A DNA stretch of 64,000 nt from Chloroflexota bacterium. GTDB taxonomy: Bacteria > Chloroflexota > Dehalococcoidia > Lucifugimonadales > UBA3495. Position 1 is the first letter of the stretch; every line of letters begins with the position of its first letter. Shown in pieces: positions 11,664 through 20,547 of the stretch. A program made the translations under genes and the position numbers. The DNA lies in assembly GCA_028873965.1 (NCBI GenBank), contig JAPPMU010000024.1, positions 16,503-80,502 on the forward strand, read 5' to 3'. Under the pieces are notes generated by a model. That model was not told the origin of the DNA, did no database searches, and saw nothing but the letters and a program-made list of their open reading frames with translations.

Positions 11664-11792
11664 AGCGTTGCCGCCTTTTGCATCTCGCGCGTCCGGTGGG
11701 CTTCCAGAGCCACGATCCGGGCGACGAGCAAGTCGTTAAATGCTACAACGCCACCGGGCTGAGACGCAACCGTGCTATACTGAAATTGCCCG

Positions 11793-11879
11793 GCCGAAGT
11801 GGCGGAATGGTAGACGCGCCGGTCTCAAAAACCGGTGGGAGAATATCCCGTGTCGGTTCGAGTCCGACCTTCGGCACCA
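11793..11879 (+). tRNA. tRNA-Leu (anticodon CAA), CCA encoded
   Basis: Acceptor GCCGAAG pairs with CTTCGGC. The anticodon stem CCGGT/ACCGG carries the loop CTCAAAA. There is a long variable arm, T arm GTCGG-TTCGAGT-CCGAC, discriminator A and a CCA tail. Confidence 0.95.
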
Positions 11880-11892
11880 GTTTCTCAATAGC

Positions 11893-11947
11893 GGGGCGGC
11901 TCGCGCTTGTTTCCAGCATCAACAAGCGGCGAGCCGCCCCCTTTTTC
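11893..11947 (+). terminator. intrinsic terminator after tRNA-Leu
   Basis: 12 bp GC-rich stem GGGGCGGCTCGC (11893-11904) pairs with GCGAGCCGCCCC (11929-11940) and is followed by CTTTTTC. Confidence 0.75.
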
Positions 11948-12030
11948 GGCTCAGACGTGGGACAATTGCGGGGCAAACTCACAGGACCACCTCTGATCTG
12001 GCCTCGCGCGTACCCAGTTTCGCCCGTGTT

Positions 12031-12122
12031 GTCATTGCGGGCGAAGCGCGGCAATCTCGTCGAGGCAACGGCCGTCGCTATGGCAACGAGATCGCCACGT
12101 CGCTGCGCTCCTCGCGATGATA
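12031..12122. repeat. REP-type hairpin pair, second sequence class
   Basis: GTCATTGCGGGCGAAGCGCGGCAATC and GAGATCGCCACGTCGCTGCGCTCCTCGCGATGA are palindromic units. They translate to the SLRAKRGNL / EIATSLRSSR artefact peptides seen in the track ORFs. Confidence 0.6.
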
Positions 12123-12183
12123 AACTGGGTGCGCGCGAGCCCTTCGTCACGCCGCAAACGTCATCTCTTCGGTGGATCGTGGC

Positions 12184-13296
12184 TTAGCGGAAGTTGGGCA
12201 TCACCTTTTCCGCGAAAAGTTGCAGCGAGCTGGACACCTGGTCGTAGGACAGGCCCCCGGCGTCGAGGTAGCTGATGAAGTGGGTGACGTGGTTCTGTTC
12301 CAGTTCCTTGATGGCTGCCGTGACCTTCTCGGGGCTACCGATGGCTGCCATGCCTTCCTTGCCGCGCTCGGCCACCAGATCCGGCTCGATAAAGGGGTCC
12401 TGGACGTAGTGCTCATAGCCACGCACCCCTGAGTCTCGCACAACGTCGGAGAGCGGGCGGCGCAGGAAGTCCCCCATGTCGCCAGCCCATTGCAGGCGTG
12501 GCACCAGCAGTTCGGTGGCTTCCTCGTCGGTGGGAGCCACATAGACATTGCGGACGGCGGCGACCTCGATGTCATCGGGCGCCGCCCCCTCTTCCAGCAT
12601 CCGCCGGCGGTAGAGGTTAATCAGGTTCTGGTCAGCGTCCGGCGAAGCGGGGAAGAAACTGCTGCCCACGGTGAACAACCCCCAACGGTTGCGGACGGCA
12701 ATCTCTACCGATTCCGGGCTGTGCGTGACCGCCATGAATATGGGCGGATGCGGCTGTTGCACCGGCTTGGGAATAACCCGCACTTCCGGGAAGCTGAAAT
12801 AGTCGCCGTCGTAGGAGAAGGTGTCCTCCGTCCACGACCTGACGGCGATGTCCATGCCCTCGATGAAACGGTCGCGGGCTTCGGCGATGTCCAGGCCATA
12901 GATGTCGAACTCCCGCTTCTGGTAGCCGCGGCCGGCCCCGACGATCAGGCGTCCCCGGCTGATAATGTCCAGTGTGGCCAGGTCCTGCGCCAGCCGCAGG
13001 GGAGCGTGCCACGGCACTATGGTGCAGGCCACGCCCACCTTGACCCGCCTGGTCCTGGCGGAGATGGCGGCCAGCAGGCTGTGAGGCGAGCTGATGATGC
13101 TGTGTTCGCTGAAAGCGTGCTCGGCAATCCACACCGAGTCGAAGCCCAGTTCCTCCGCCAGTTCCGCGCCGCGCAGAATGTCCTCGTAGACCTCGACGTC
13201 GGTGCGGCTGACCGGGTTGGGATTGATTTTGCTCTCGTCGGCGTATTGCTCGTGCAGCAGGGGGCGCTGGCCCACGAAGAAGGCTCCGAATTGCAT
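12184..13296 (-). CDS. LLM-class (luciferase-like) flavin/F420-dependent oxidoreductase
   Basis: MQFGAFF..., ELGFDSVWIAEHAFSEH, and a TIM-barrel LLM pattern over 370 aa. Confidence 0.85.
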   Translation of the reverse strand: MQFGAFFVGQRPLLHEQYADESKINPNPVSRTDVEVYEDILRGAELAEELGFDSVWIAEHAFSEHSIISSPHSLLAAISARTRRVKVGVACTIVPWHAPLRLAQDLATLDIISRGRLIVGAGRGYQKREFDIYGLDIAEARDRFIEGMDIAVRSWTEDTFSYDGDYFSFPEVRVIPKPVQQPHPPIFMAVTHSPESVEIAVRNRWGLFTVGSSFFPASPDADQNLINLYRRRMLEEGAAPDDIEVAAVRNVYVAPTDEEATELLVPRLQWAGDMGDFLRRPLSDVVRDSGVRGYEHYVQDPFIEPDLVAERGKEGMAAIGSPEKVTAAIKELEQNHVTHFISYLDAGGLSYDQVSSSLQLFAEKVMPNFR

Positions 13297-13300
13297 CCGG

Positions 13301-13759
13301 TCAGTCCTCCCGCTCGATCTCGGCGTACACCGCCCGCATGGAGGCGCCGGAGTCGTCCTCCACCTCGGTGAACCACTTGATCAGAGAGCGCGTCAGCTGG
13401 TCGACCGACTCATCAACTGCGGCGGCCTCATAGCGCTGGCGCACATTGGGCAGGGTTACACGAGATTGGGCTTCGCGCATCCAGACGATCTTTTCCTTGT
13501 CGGTCATGTCCGAACCGGCCACGCGCAGCCGCTCGGTAAACAAGGCGTCGTCCTTGTCCTCGGGGGCGCCGCCCAACTCGCGAATGCGCCGGTCGAAGAT
13601 GTCCCCGTGGCTGGTCTCGCGCTCGGCTACCAGGGAAAGGCAGGCCTTCAGCCCCGGATGCTCGGTCTTGTCGGCCCACGCCTTGAGGTACACACCGGCC
13701 CGGTGCTCCTGCAGGCGAATGTCGTTGAGCAGGTCTATGTATTCTGGCTGATCCGGCAT
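13301..13759 (-). CDS. hypothetical helical protein (possibly ferritin-like)
   Basis: 152 aa, 4 nt upstream of the LLM gene. Helical, with ERETSH and QEH motifs. No firm family call. Confidence 0.4.
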   Translation of the reverse strand: MPDQPEYIDLLNDIRLQEHRAGVYLKAWADKTEHPGLKACLSLVAERETSHGDIFDRRIRELGGAPEDKDDALFTERLRVAGSDMTDKEKIVWMREAQSRVTLPNVRQRYEAAAVDESVDQLTRSLIKWFTEVEDDSGASMRAVYAEIERED

Positions 13760-13960
13760 TGCGATACCTCACTATATTGAGCGTTGGGAAGGCGAAAACG
13801 GGCGCGGCTGCCGTCACTTCTCAATAAAGCACTCGCCGATGATTGTCAGGCAGCGCGGTTACGGGCGAGTCTAGTGTGCCGCCCCTGGGGTGTCAAACTT
13901 GGCTGTGACCGGCGCGTGCTAAAATGCCGCCACGAAATCAGGCCGGTTTCAGGAGCGGTT

Positions 13961-15139
13961 TTGCCTCAATTGACTGAAGCGCAGCGCGGCATGGTCGCGA
14001 CAATCAGAGAGTTTGTCCGCCGGGAAGTCCAACCGGTCGCGCAGAAAATGGAGCACGCCGACGAGTACCCCTTCGAGCTGGTGGAGCGGATGAAGGAGCT
14101 GGGTCTCTTCGGCGCGGTGATCCCCGAAGAGTACGGGGGGCTTGAGCTGGACGTGACGTCCTACGCCCTGGTCATCGAGGAAATCTGCCGGGGGTGGATG
14201 AGCCTGAGCGGGATACTGAATTCCCACCTCATCATGGCCTACATGGTCACGACCCACGGTACACCGGAGCAGAAGGAGCGGTTCCTGCCCCTGATGGCGA
14301 CCGGCGAGAAGCGAGGCGGCATCTGCATCACCGAGCCCAACGCGGGCAGCGACGTCCAGGCCATCGAGACTCGCGCCGTCCGCGAAGGCGACGAATACGT
14401 GGTAAACGGGACCAAGAGCCTCATAACCAACGGGCGCCACGGGAACACCTTCGCCCTGGTCACCAAGACCGACCCGGACGCCGACCCGCCCCGGCGCGGC
14501 ATCAGCATCTTCATCGCCGAGAAGGGGCCGGGTTTCAACGTGGTGCGGGACATACCGAAGCTGGGCTACAAGGGCGTGGATACCTGCGAGCTGTCCTTCG
14601 AGGACTACCGCGTATCCGGTGGGAATCTGGTCAGCGGCGAGGAGGGCAGGGGGTTCTACCAGATAATGAGCGGGCTGGAGCTGGGCCGCATCAACGTTGC
14701 CGCCCGCTGCCTCGGCGTGGCGCGGGCCGCGCTGGAAGAAGCCACGCGATACGCCAGGCAGCGCGAAACCTTCGGCAAGCCCATCGGAGAGCACCAGAGC
14801 GTGCAGATAATGCTGGCCAACATGGCGACCCAGATCCAGGCGGCCCACCTGTTGGTGCTCCACGCCGCCGAGAAGAAGGACCGGGGCGAGCGCGCCGACA
14901 TGGAAGCCGGCATGGCCAAGCTGTTCGCCAGCGAGATGTGCATGCAGGTCGCCATCGACGCCATGCGCATCCACGGCGGCTACGGCTACACCCAGGACCT
15001 GGCGGTGGAGCGCCACTTCCGCGACGCCCCGCTGATGATGATCGGCGAGGGAACCAACGAGATCCAGCGCCTGGTCATCGCCCGCCATCTGCTCAACAAC
15101 TACCCCACCGGCGACTTCCTGTACGAGTCGGGGTTGTAA
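13961..15139 (+). CDS. acyl-CoA dehydrogenase
   Basis: The typical N-terminus LTEAQRGMVATIREFVRREV is present, and the C-terminus reads GGYGYTQDLAVERHFRDAPLMMIGEGTNEIQRLVIA. The likely start is TTG at 13961, 5 nt after AGGAG. The track ORF starts further upstream at 13784. Confidence 0.9.
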   Translation: MPQLTEAQRGMVATIREFVRREVQPVAQKMEHADEYPFELVERMKELGLFGAVIPEEYGGLELDVTSYALVIEEICRGWMSLSGILNSHLIMAYMVTTHGTPEQKERFLPLMATGEKRGGICITEPNAGSDVQAIETRAVREGDEYVVNGTKSLITNGRHGNTFALVTKTDPDADPPRRGISIFIAEKGPGFNVVRDIPKLGYKGVDTCELSFEDYRVSGGNLVSGEEGRGFYQIMSGLELGRINVAARCLGVARAALEEATRYARQRETFGKPIGEHQSVQIMLANMATQIQAAHLLVLHAAEKKDRGERADMEAGMAKLFASEMCMQVAIDAMRIHGGYGYTQDLAVERHFRDAPLMMIGEGTNEIQRLVIARHLLNNYPTGDFLYESGL

Positions 15140-15179
15140 TGATGGTAATCGCCAAGCCACCAGCACGGGAGGCGCCATC

Positions 15180-15581
15180 ATGCCGGATATCCACGTCAAA
15201 GGCAGCATTGCCGGCACGTCGGAAACGCGGGATTTTGACTTCCGAGTTGCCAAACGGTCGGCGCAACTTGGGTTGCCACAATCGGCCATCGACGCCCTGG
15301 GGCTGGCCGAGGTTCCCGGTTTGTTGTATGGCCCGATGGCTGACGATGCCGCAAAGCGTGGGCCAATCTACCTTTCCTGCGTGGATTTTGAGGGGCGCAC
15401 CATTCACCAGTACGTAGCTCCAACAAGCAGACCTACCGTTGGCGCCGATGTCCTGCGCGCGCTGGGGTATGAGGTCGACTTGGAGCGAGGCTGCATCGCC
15501 AAGCCGTCTAAACCGCTAAAAATCCAGCGGGGCCTGATGCCGACCATGCTGGATGTATCGGATTTGCGGTCTGACGATTGA
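15180..15581 (+). CDS. hypothetical protein (weak resemblance to retropepsin-like fold, no D-T/S-G motif)
   Basis: GGGAGG lies 7 nt upstream of the ATG. The tail VGADVLRALGYEVDLERGCI resembles the C-terminal strand of clan AA protease-like proteins. This is the first gene of a lower-GC stretch. Confidence 0.4.
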   Translation: MPDIHVKGSIAGTSETRDFDFRVAKRSAQLGLPQSAIDALGLAEVPGLLYGPMADDAAKRGPIYLSCVDFEGRTIHQYVAPTSRPTVGADVLRALGYEVDLERGCIAKPSKPLKIQRGLMPTMLDVSDLRSDD

Positions 15582-15678
15582 TGCTACGGGCTGGGGGCCG
15601 AGTCTGTCGCCAGCGCGGTCCGACGGCGAGAATAGGCTGCCGCTTTTGCTGAAACTTACCCACAAAGGAGGACCTGAC

Positions 15679-16449
15679 ATGACGTTGCCTGTAGAACCAT
15701 TCGACGACAGCAAGTTGCGCGAATCGATTTTGAGTACAGAGAAAGCCGAAAAATCGGACGAACCAACCAAAAAACGTGGCCTGCTAAACCTGAGACAGTA
15801 CGATTACACGATCGCGTATGATGACTACGCAATCGGATACAAGGAAGCGGCAGACCAACTCGTAGCTGGAATGGGAACAGGGCAGTCCACCGATGCGTAT
15901 CTGGCCTACCCTGTAATGTTCTTGTACCGGCACTACCTGGAACTCCGACTGAAAGAAATCGTCATCGGATTGAAGGAATTAGGGGCTTTGTCTGTCGACT
16001 TCGGCCGCTTCAATTTGCGGCCCCAACTTCCTGACCCTGAAGAGAGAGGACATCGCCTGGCGTACTTTTGGAACGACATGCTGTCCTATTGGTTTGGGGC
16101 AATAGAAGAAGACCTCGTTGCCGGCATTGTGCTTGAAGAACTGGAACCCACGTATGATATCGTCGGAGAACGCATCAGCGAACTTGACGAAATAGACAGA
16201 TCATCAGAGGTTTTCAGATACCCGGTCGACAACAAGGGGAAACCGCATCGGATCATTACACTCAGTTTACGCGAATTGAGCCATGTGAAGGACGTTATGA
16301 ATGCGATTGCCTATCATTTGGATACAATCAGCGGGTCAGTGTACGAATCCAAAGAAGAATTGAAAGAGTTGTATGAAGACGCGGTACATTCATACTGGTA
16401 TGATCGGCACATTGATTACCTAGTTGGTGAATGGAAAGACGCTCGCTAA
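15679..16449 (+). CDS. hypothetical helical protein
   Basis: ATG at 15679 is preceded by AAGGAGGA. 256 aa in a low-GC region. No family recognised. Confidence 0.5.
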   Translation: MTLPVEPFDDSKLRESILSTEKAEKSDEPTKKRGLLNLRQYDYTIAYDDYAIGYKEAADQLVAGMGTGQSTDAYLAYPVMFLYRHYLELRLKEIVIGLKELGALSVDFGRFNLRPQLPDPEERGHRLAYFWNDMLSYWFGAIEEDLVAGIVLEELEPTYDIVGERISELDEIDRSSEVFRYPVDNKGKPHRIITLSLRELSHVKDVMNAIAYHLDTISGSVYESKEELKELYEDAVHSYWYDRHIDYLVGEWKDAR

Positions 16450-16487
16450 CCTACGTTTCAGATTTTGGAACGAGCAACATTTTGACC

Positions 16488-17267
16488 ATGTTTGAGAAAG
16501 CAACGCTACAATTGAATGCGGCGGTGCTGCTGCCATCACTAGCAGCAGTGCTAGTCCTTGCTGGCTGCAGCTCAGAACCGCAACCGGCACCTACAGCCAC
16601 GCCGGACATCGCAGTAATGGTAAGCACGGCAGTAGAAGAGGCCATGTGCGCCCGTGCCGCCACGCCGGCCGATGTTCGTTCCGGCTACTGTGGTCGTTTA
16701 TGCCGTGGCGATGACTATTGGAAAACAGCAGACATAGCTGACGTAAAGGCTGCAATTCATTGTGGCGTGGATGTCAACGCTACCGATGAGCAGGGCTGGG
16801 CTCCCCTTCATTACGCAACGATGTATCGGCACACGGACATCGTTCAGTTGCTGCTGGAAAATGGCGCAAATGTGGATGCGCTTTCCCCAGCAGGCAATTG
16901 GTCTGCCTTGTTCTTAGCAATACAGGATTCTTATCCAGATGGCGCCGTTGTGCTTCTGAATAATGGAGCCGATGTCGCTGCAAAAGACTCTATTGGGTTT
17001 ATGCCATTGCATTACGCTGTCTCATATTTGGAACCATACATGATTGAATTGATGTTGGACAATGGTGCTGATGTTAATGCACAGAACAAATCCGGCGTGG
17101 CGCCACTACATATTGCGGCGTGGGAAGATAAACCCTCGGTAGTGCGGTTGCTATTGAGCAGAGGAGCGAATATTGGTCTGCGGACCACTGCAGGGAGAAC
17201 AGCCTGCCACAATGCAGTTGAAGGAAACCAGTCAATTGAAGTTCTAAATTTGCTGTGTTCAAGATAA
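16488..17267 (+). CDS. ankyrin-repeat lipoprotein
   Basis: Signal peptide with lipobox (AAVLVLAGCSS). At least four ANK repeats are present (GWAPLHYATMYRHTDIVQLLLENGANVDA; FMPLHYAV...MLDNGADVNAQNKSGVAPLHIAAWEDKPSVVRLLLSRGANIG). Confidence 0.8.
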   Translation: MFEKATLQLNAAVLLPSLAAVLVLAGCSSEPQPAPTATPDIAVMVSTAVEEAMCARAATPADVRSGYCGRLCRGDDYWKTADIADVKAAIHCGVDVNATDEQGWAPLHYATMYRHTDIVQLLLENGANVDALSPAGNWSALFLAIQDSYPDGAVVLLNNGADVAAKDSIGFMPLHYAVSYLEPYMIELMLDNGADVNAQNKSGVAPLHIAAWEDKPSVVRLLLSRGANIGLRTTAGRTACHNAVEGNQSIEVLNLLCSR

Positions 17268-17300
17268 TATTGCAACAGCCTAAAGTCACCTCAACCAATT

Positions 17301-17468
17301 CCCGTCTATCCTGTACATCCATGCAAGCGCGATAACATGCCCCTCACCGCCCTCCCCAACCTCCGCGTGCTGGAGGTCGCCTCTCTGATGCCCGGTCCGT
17401 GCTGCGGCAAGCTCCGCGCGCCCTACGCAACCGCCATCAAAGCCAACCTGCCCGTCCTGCCCGGGTGA
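17301..17468 (+). pseudogene. remnant of a CoA-transferase 5' end (copy A)
   Basis: Encodes MPLTALPNLRVLEVASLMPGPCCGKL... and then stops after 43 codons. It begins with the 27 bp CCCGTCTATCCTGTACATCCATGCAAG, which is repeated exactly at 18156-18182. Confidence 0.65.
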
Positions 17469-17492
17469 TAGGATAGGTACGCAGAGGCAAGC

Positions 17493-17804
17493 ATGGAAGC
17501 ATTTCAATGCCCGTTCTTGGGCGGCCTTGTGGAACTCAACGATGAACGAGAGCGGCACATCGCAGAAAAGCATTCCCAACTGCTCCCGAATCGGCCTGAT
17601 CATATAGCCACGACTCTGGCTGACCCGGATTTAATCCTGCGCAAAGACCCTGAGGATGAAACCATCCTGTTCTACCGCTGGTTTTACGACTTGGACAAAT
17701 ACGTACTCGTAGCGGTGGTCAATCACCCCGGACGTGACTGGATAATCACCGCTTTCGTCACCCGGAGGTTGCAGAGAGGAGAAATAATATGGCAGCGACG
17801 CTGA
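17493..17804 (+). CDS. small toxin-like protein (putative partner of the DUF2283-like gene)
   Basis: 103 aa. The pattern ERERHIAEKH...ADPDLI...KYVLVAVVN...WIITAFVTRRLQRGEIIW is seen in small TA-type proteins. It overlaps the next ORF by 16 nt. Confidence 0.45.
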   Translation: MEAFQCPFLGGLVELNDERERHIAEKHSQLLPNRPDHIATTLADPDLILRKDPEDETILFYRWFYDLDKYVLVAVVNHPGRDWIITAFVTRRLQRGEIIWQRR

Positions 17805-18154
17805 GGTTCGAGCACGACGTGGTCGGCAACATCATGTACATTGAGAAATGCCCGCCTTATCCGGGGCAGGACGAGGACGACATTGAGGACGGTGTAATCG
17901 CCCGGCGTCATCCTGATACCGACGAAGTAGAAAGCATGATGATACTGTTCTACTCGTCTCGGATCGTGAGCCGTGAACCGCTCCGGTTGGACATCCCAGT
18001 GACGAAAGGCGCGATCAACGACCAGACGGCGGCAGCAGAGTTCGACTGCTTGGTCCATCCTGATTCGGAGTGGCTGACCTTCCCGGCGGACGCCGAAATC
18101 GTCGAGCTGTACATTCCCGGCTGGACTGAGACGACGGAACCGTCGCTAACTTGA
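17789..18154 (+). CDS. DUF2283-like small protein
   Basis: RFEHDVVGNIMYIEK...GVIARRHPDTDEVESMMILFYSSRI matches the DUF2283 pattern (xYDxExDxLYI ... GxxxGIEIL). Confidence 0.5.
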   Translation: MAATLRFEHDVVGNIMYIEKCPPYPGQDEDDIEDGVIARRHPDTDEVESMMILFYSSRIVSREPLRLDIPVTKGAINDQTAAAEFDCLVHPDSEWLTFPADAEIVELYIPGWTETTEPSLT

Positions 18155-18155
18155 T

Positions 18156-18394
18156 CCCGTCTATCCTGTACATCCATGCAAGGTCCATCCCAATCTCCCA
18201 CCGCCCTCCCCAACCTCCGCGTACTCGAGGTTGCCTCCCTTATCCCCGGCCCGTACTGCGGTAAGCTGCTGGCGTCGCTGGGAGCCGAGGTCATCAAGGC
18301 GGAGCCGCCCGGCGTGGGCGGTCCGTCCCGTCGTCGCAGCCCTCCTGTCCGTGGAATAGGCCACCAGGCAGCGAAGATGGGCAAGCGAATATGA
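18156..18394 (+). pseudogene. remnant of a CoA-transferase 5' end (copy B)
   Basis: MQGPSQSPTALPNLRVLEVASLIPGPYCGKLLASLGAEVIKAEPPGVGG is a family III CoA-transferase N-terminus, truncated at 72 codons. Its stop overlaps the ATG of the intact paralog (ATATGA). Confidence 0.7.
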
Positions 18395-19593
18395 CTCCTC
18401 CGATGCAGGGTGTCCGCATCCTCGAAATGTCGCAGGCTATTGCCGGGCCGATGGCGGCGCGGACGCTGGGCGACCTGGGCGCCGAGATAATCAAGATCGA
18501 GCAGCCCGGCGTGGGGGATATGTCGCGGCGCATCGGCCCCCACTTCCTGGGCGGCGAGAGCGCCTATTACCTGAACTTCAACCGCAACAAGAAGAGCGTA
18601 ACCATAGACCTGCGCACGCCGGAGGGCCGGGAAGTCTGCCGCCGGCTCGTGGCCGTGTCCGACGTGGTGTTGGAGGCATTCCGGCCCTCGGTGCTGGAGC
18701 GCCTGGGACTGGGCTACGAATCGTTGCAGGCAATCAACCCGTCCATCATCGCCTGCTCGTTGTCGGCCTTCGGGCAGGAGGGGCCGTACCGTGAGCGGCC
18801 CGGCTTCGACGGCATCGTGCAGGCCATGGGCGGCGGGATGAGCGTCACCGGCAACCCCGGCCAGCCGCCGGTGTTCATGGGCTTTCCGGTGGGCGACATG
18901 GTCGGCGGCTACGTGGCGGCCATCGGCATCGCCTCCGCGTTGTACGGGCGGCGGGTCACCGGCGAGGGGCGCCGCCTGGACATCTCCCTGCTGGACGTTC
19001 AGATTGCCCTGCAAGCCCACCTGGGGCAGTTCTACCTGGTGTCTGGCGAGGTGCCGCAGCCCATCGGCTCCAGCCATCCGTCCAACCTGCCGGTGGGAGC
19101 CTACCAATGCTCCGACGGCAGATACTTGCAGGTCCACTGCGCCAGCCAGGAATTCGCCATGAAGACCCTGCGCATGATGGCCGGCGAAATCGAAGCGCTG
19201 CGGGGCATGGATGAAGACCTGCGTTTCACCACCGCTCCCTCCCGCATCGAGAACCGCGATGCGCTCGAAGCAGCCCTAACCGCAGGCTTTATGACCAAGC
19301 CGCGCTCCGAGTGGGAGCAACTGCTGCTGAAGTACGACGTGCCCGGCGGACCGGTCAACAACATTGGCGAGGCCCTGGCCGACCCGCAGGTGCAGCTGCG
19401 CGACATGGTGGTGGAAATCGACCATCCGGTCGCCGGCGCCTACCGCACCGCCGGCAACCCCATCAAGACCGGCAGCCCCGATAACTTCGCGCCGCCGCCA
19501 ACCCTGGGCCAGGATACCGAAGCCGTCCTGACCGGGCTGCTGGGATATAGCGGCGCGGAAGTGGCGGCGCTGCGCGAAGCGGGAGCGGTTTAA
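18391..19593 (+). CDS. CaiB/BaiF family (class III) CoA-transferase
   Basis: GVRILEMSQAIAGPMAARTLGDLGAEIIKIEQPGVGDMSRR and NRNKKSVTIDL are present. 400 aa. Confidence 0.9.
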   Translation: MTPPMQGVRILEMSQAIAGPMAARTLGDLGAEIIKIEQPGVGDMSRRIGPHFLGGESAYYLNFNRNKKSVTIDLRTPEGREVCRRLVAVSDVVLEAFRPSVLERLGLGYESLQAINPSIIACSLSAFGQEGPYRERPGFDGIVQAMGGGMSVTGNPGQPPVFMGFPVGDMVGGYVAAIGIASALYGRRVTGEGRRLDISLLDVQIALQAHLGQFYLVSGEVPQPIGSSHPSNLPVGAYQCSDGRYLQVHCASQEFAMKTLRMMAGEIEALRGMDEDLRFTTAPSRIENRDALEAALTAGFMTKPRSEWEQLLLKYDVPGGPVNNIGEALADPQVQLRDMVVEIDHPVAGAYRTAGNPIKTGSPDNFAPPPTLGQDTEAVLTGLLGYSGAEVAALREAGAV

Positions 19594-19613
19594 GTAATAG
19601 ACACAACCCCTCG

Positions 19614-19727
19614 AAGAGGATCAAAATAATTGCCGGTCCCAATGGGGTCGGCAAAACCAGCATCGCTATGGAACTTCCGCTCGACGAGGCGGAATGCCCC
19701 GCCTTCCGCTATGCCAAGTGGCGTTAG
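19614..19727 (+). pseudogene. N-terminal fragment of a zeta-toxin-like P-loop ATPase
   Basis: Reads KRIKIIAGPNGVGKTSIAMELPLDEAECPAFRYAKWR-stop. The Walker A motif is intact, there is no start codon, and only about 37 codons remain. Confidence 0.5.
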
Positions 19728-20203
19728 GCAGGAATGCTGCCTGTAGTTACCGGCGCATGGTGGGGTAATGGGTAATGGACTCCTGGTGAACGCCTGATGA
19801 CGACAGCGGACGGTTCAGGGGTACGCTTCAGGAAAGGATGGTCGTAGGCGATCCGGTACTGGATCGAATCGGCAACGGAGGGAACCTTCACGCCTGTGAA
19901 CCAAACAACTTGAACGTTGGCGAACATATTTGCGAAGAGGGGTGATTGCGATCTCCGAGCGTCGCCTGCTAAGTTGTCATGGTCGTAAACTGGTATTGCT
20001 TCGAATGAAATGGGATTGCCCTCTCCGCCATGGATTGAATCAAGCACGTCCATGGCTTCACTGGAAAGGATTTGTTCGCCACACTGAACGCATTCAGATA
20101 CGGGAAAATTTTCCACGAAAAGAGAGCGCTCTCGGGAGGACGAAAAGTACCTCGTCTTGACCTGCTGGTAAGTGTCGACTCCTTGGCAGTAATGGCAGTT
20201 CAT
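19724..20203 (-). CDS. YgiT-type zinc-finger (MqsA-like) antitoxin-like protein with an unusual C-terminal extension
   Basis: MNCHYCQGV...VSECVQCGEQILSSEAMDVLDSI is the YgiT zinc-finger pattern. The start overlaps the upstream DUF4258 stop (TGATG). Confidence 0.6.
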   Translation of the reverse strand: MNCHYCQGVDTYQQVKTRYFSSSRERSLFVENFPVSECVQCGEQILSSEAMDVLDSIHGGEGNPISFEAIPVYDHDNLAGDARRSQSPLFANMFANVQVVWFTGVKVPSVADSIQYRIAYDHPFLKRTPEPSAVVIRRSPGVHYPLPHHAPVTTGSIPA

Positions 20204-20502
20204 CAGTCGCTGTCCTTTCTCGTAATATAGTCGTCGTCCCACTTTTCGGGGTTGGTATCTTTTGGGAAGTAAGCTGTAACGACGACGTTGCTGAAGTCAT
20301 CACGGCACACTAGGTGTCCGATACACCCATCAGCTCTTTGGGCCCAAATTAGGCATGTCGGCCCTTCATGGTGGTCGGGGTTTCCCTCAATGATCATTGG
20401 GGAGTCGTCGCACAACATGAACCTAATGTCAGGTTTGGATGGTGTTGGCCGGTTGCGGACCCGTCGTTCGTAGTGAGTCGTGTAGGAAAGGTTTCCCTTC
20501 AT
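20203..20502 (-). CDS. DUF4258-family toxin-like protein
   Basis: THYERRVRNRPTPSKPDIRFML...IIEGNPDHHEGPTCLIWAQ...VVVTAYFPKDTNPEKWDDDY matches the DUF4258 pattern. ATG at 20502. Confidence 0.6.
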   Translation of the reverse strand: MKGNLSYTTHYERRVRNRPTPSKPDIRFMLCDDSPMIIEGNPDHHEGPTCLIWAQRADGCIGHLVCRDDFSNVVVTAYFPKDTNPEKWDDDYITRKDSD

Positions 20503-20547
20503 CGCTGCGCAGGCTAATGCACTCAGTAGCACAGGTTCCTCCAACGC

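Noticed and set aside
10375-11739. 454 aa plus-strand ORF spanning purQ and the YqeY gene
   Set aside because: Antisense to two strongly supported genes. Low-complexity composition and no motifs.
11678-12187. Three ORFs (both strands) covering the tRNA-Leu, terminator and REP region
   Set aside because: They translate the tRNA and palindromic repeats, giving the SLRAKRGNL / EIATSLRSSR type artefact peptides.
13949-15289. 446 aa minus-strand ORF opposite the acyl-CoA dehydrogenase
   Set aside because: Shadow ORF. The plus-strand product has complete ACAD motifs.
17950-19137. 395 aa minus-strand ORF opposite the CoA-transferase
   Set aside because: Shadow ORF with Arg/Gly/Ala/His-rich composition.
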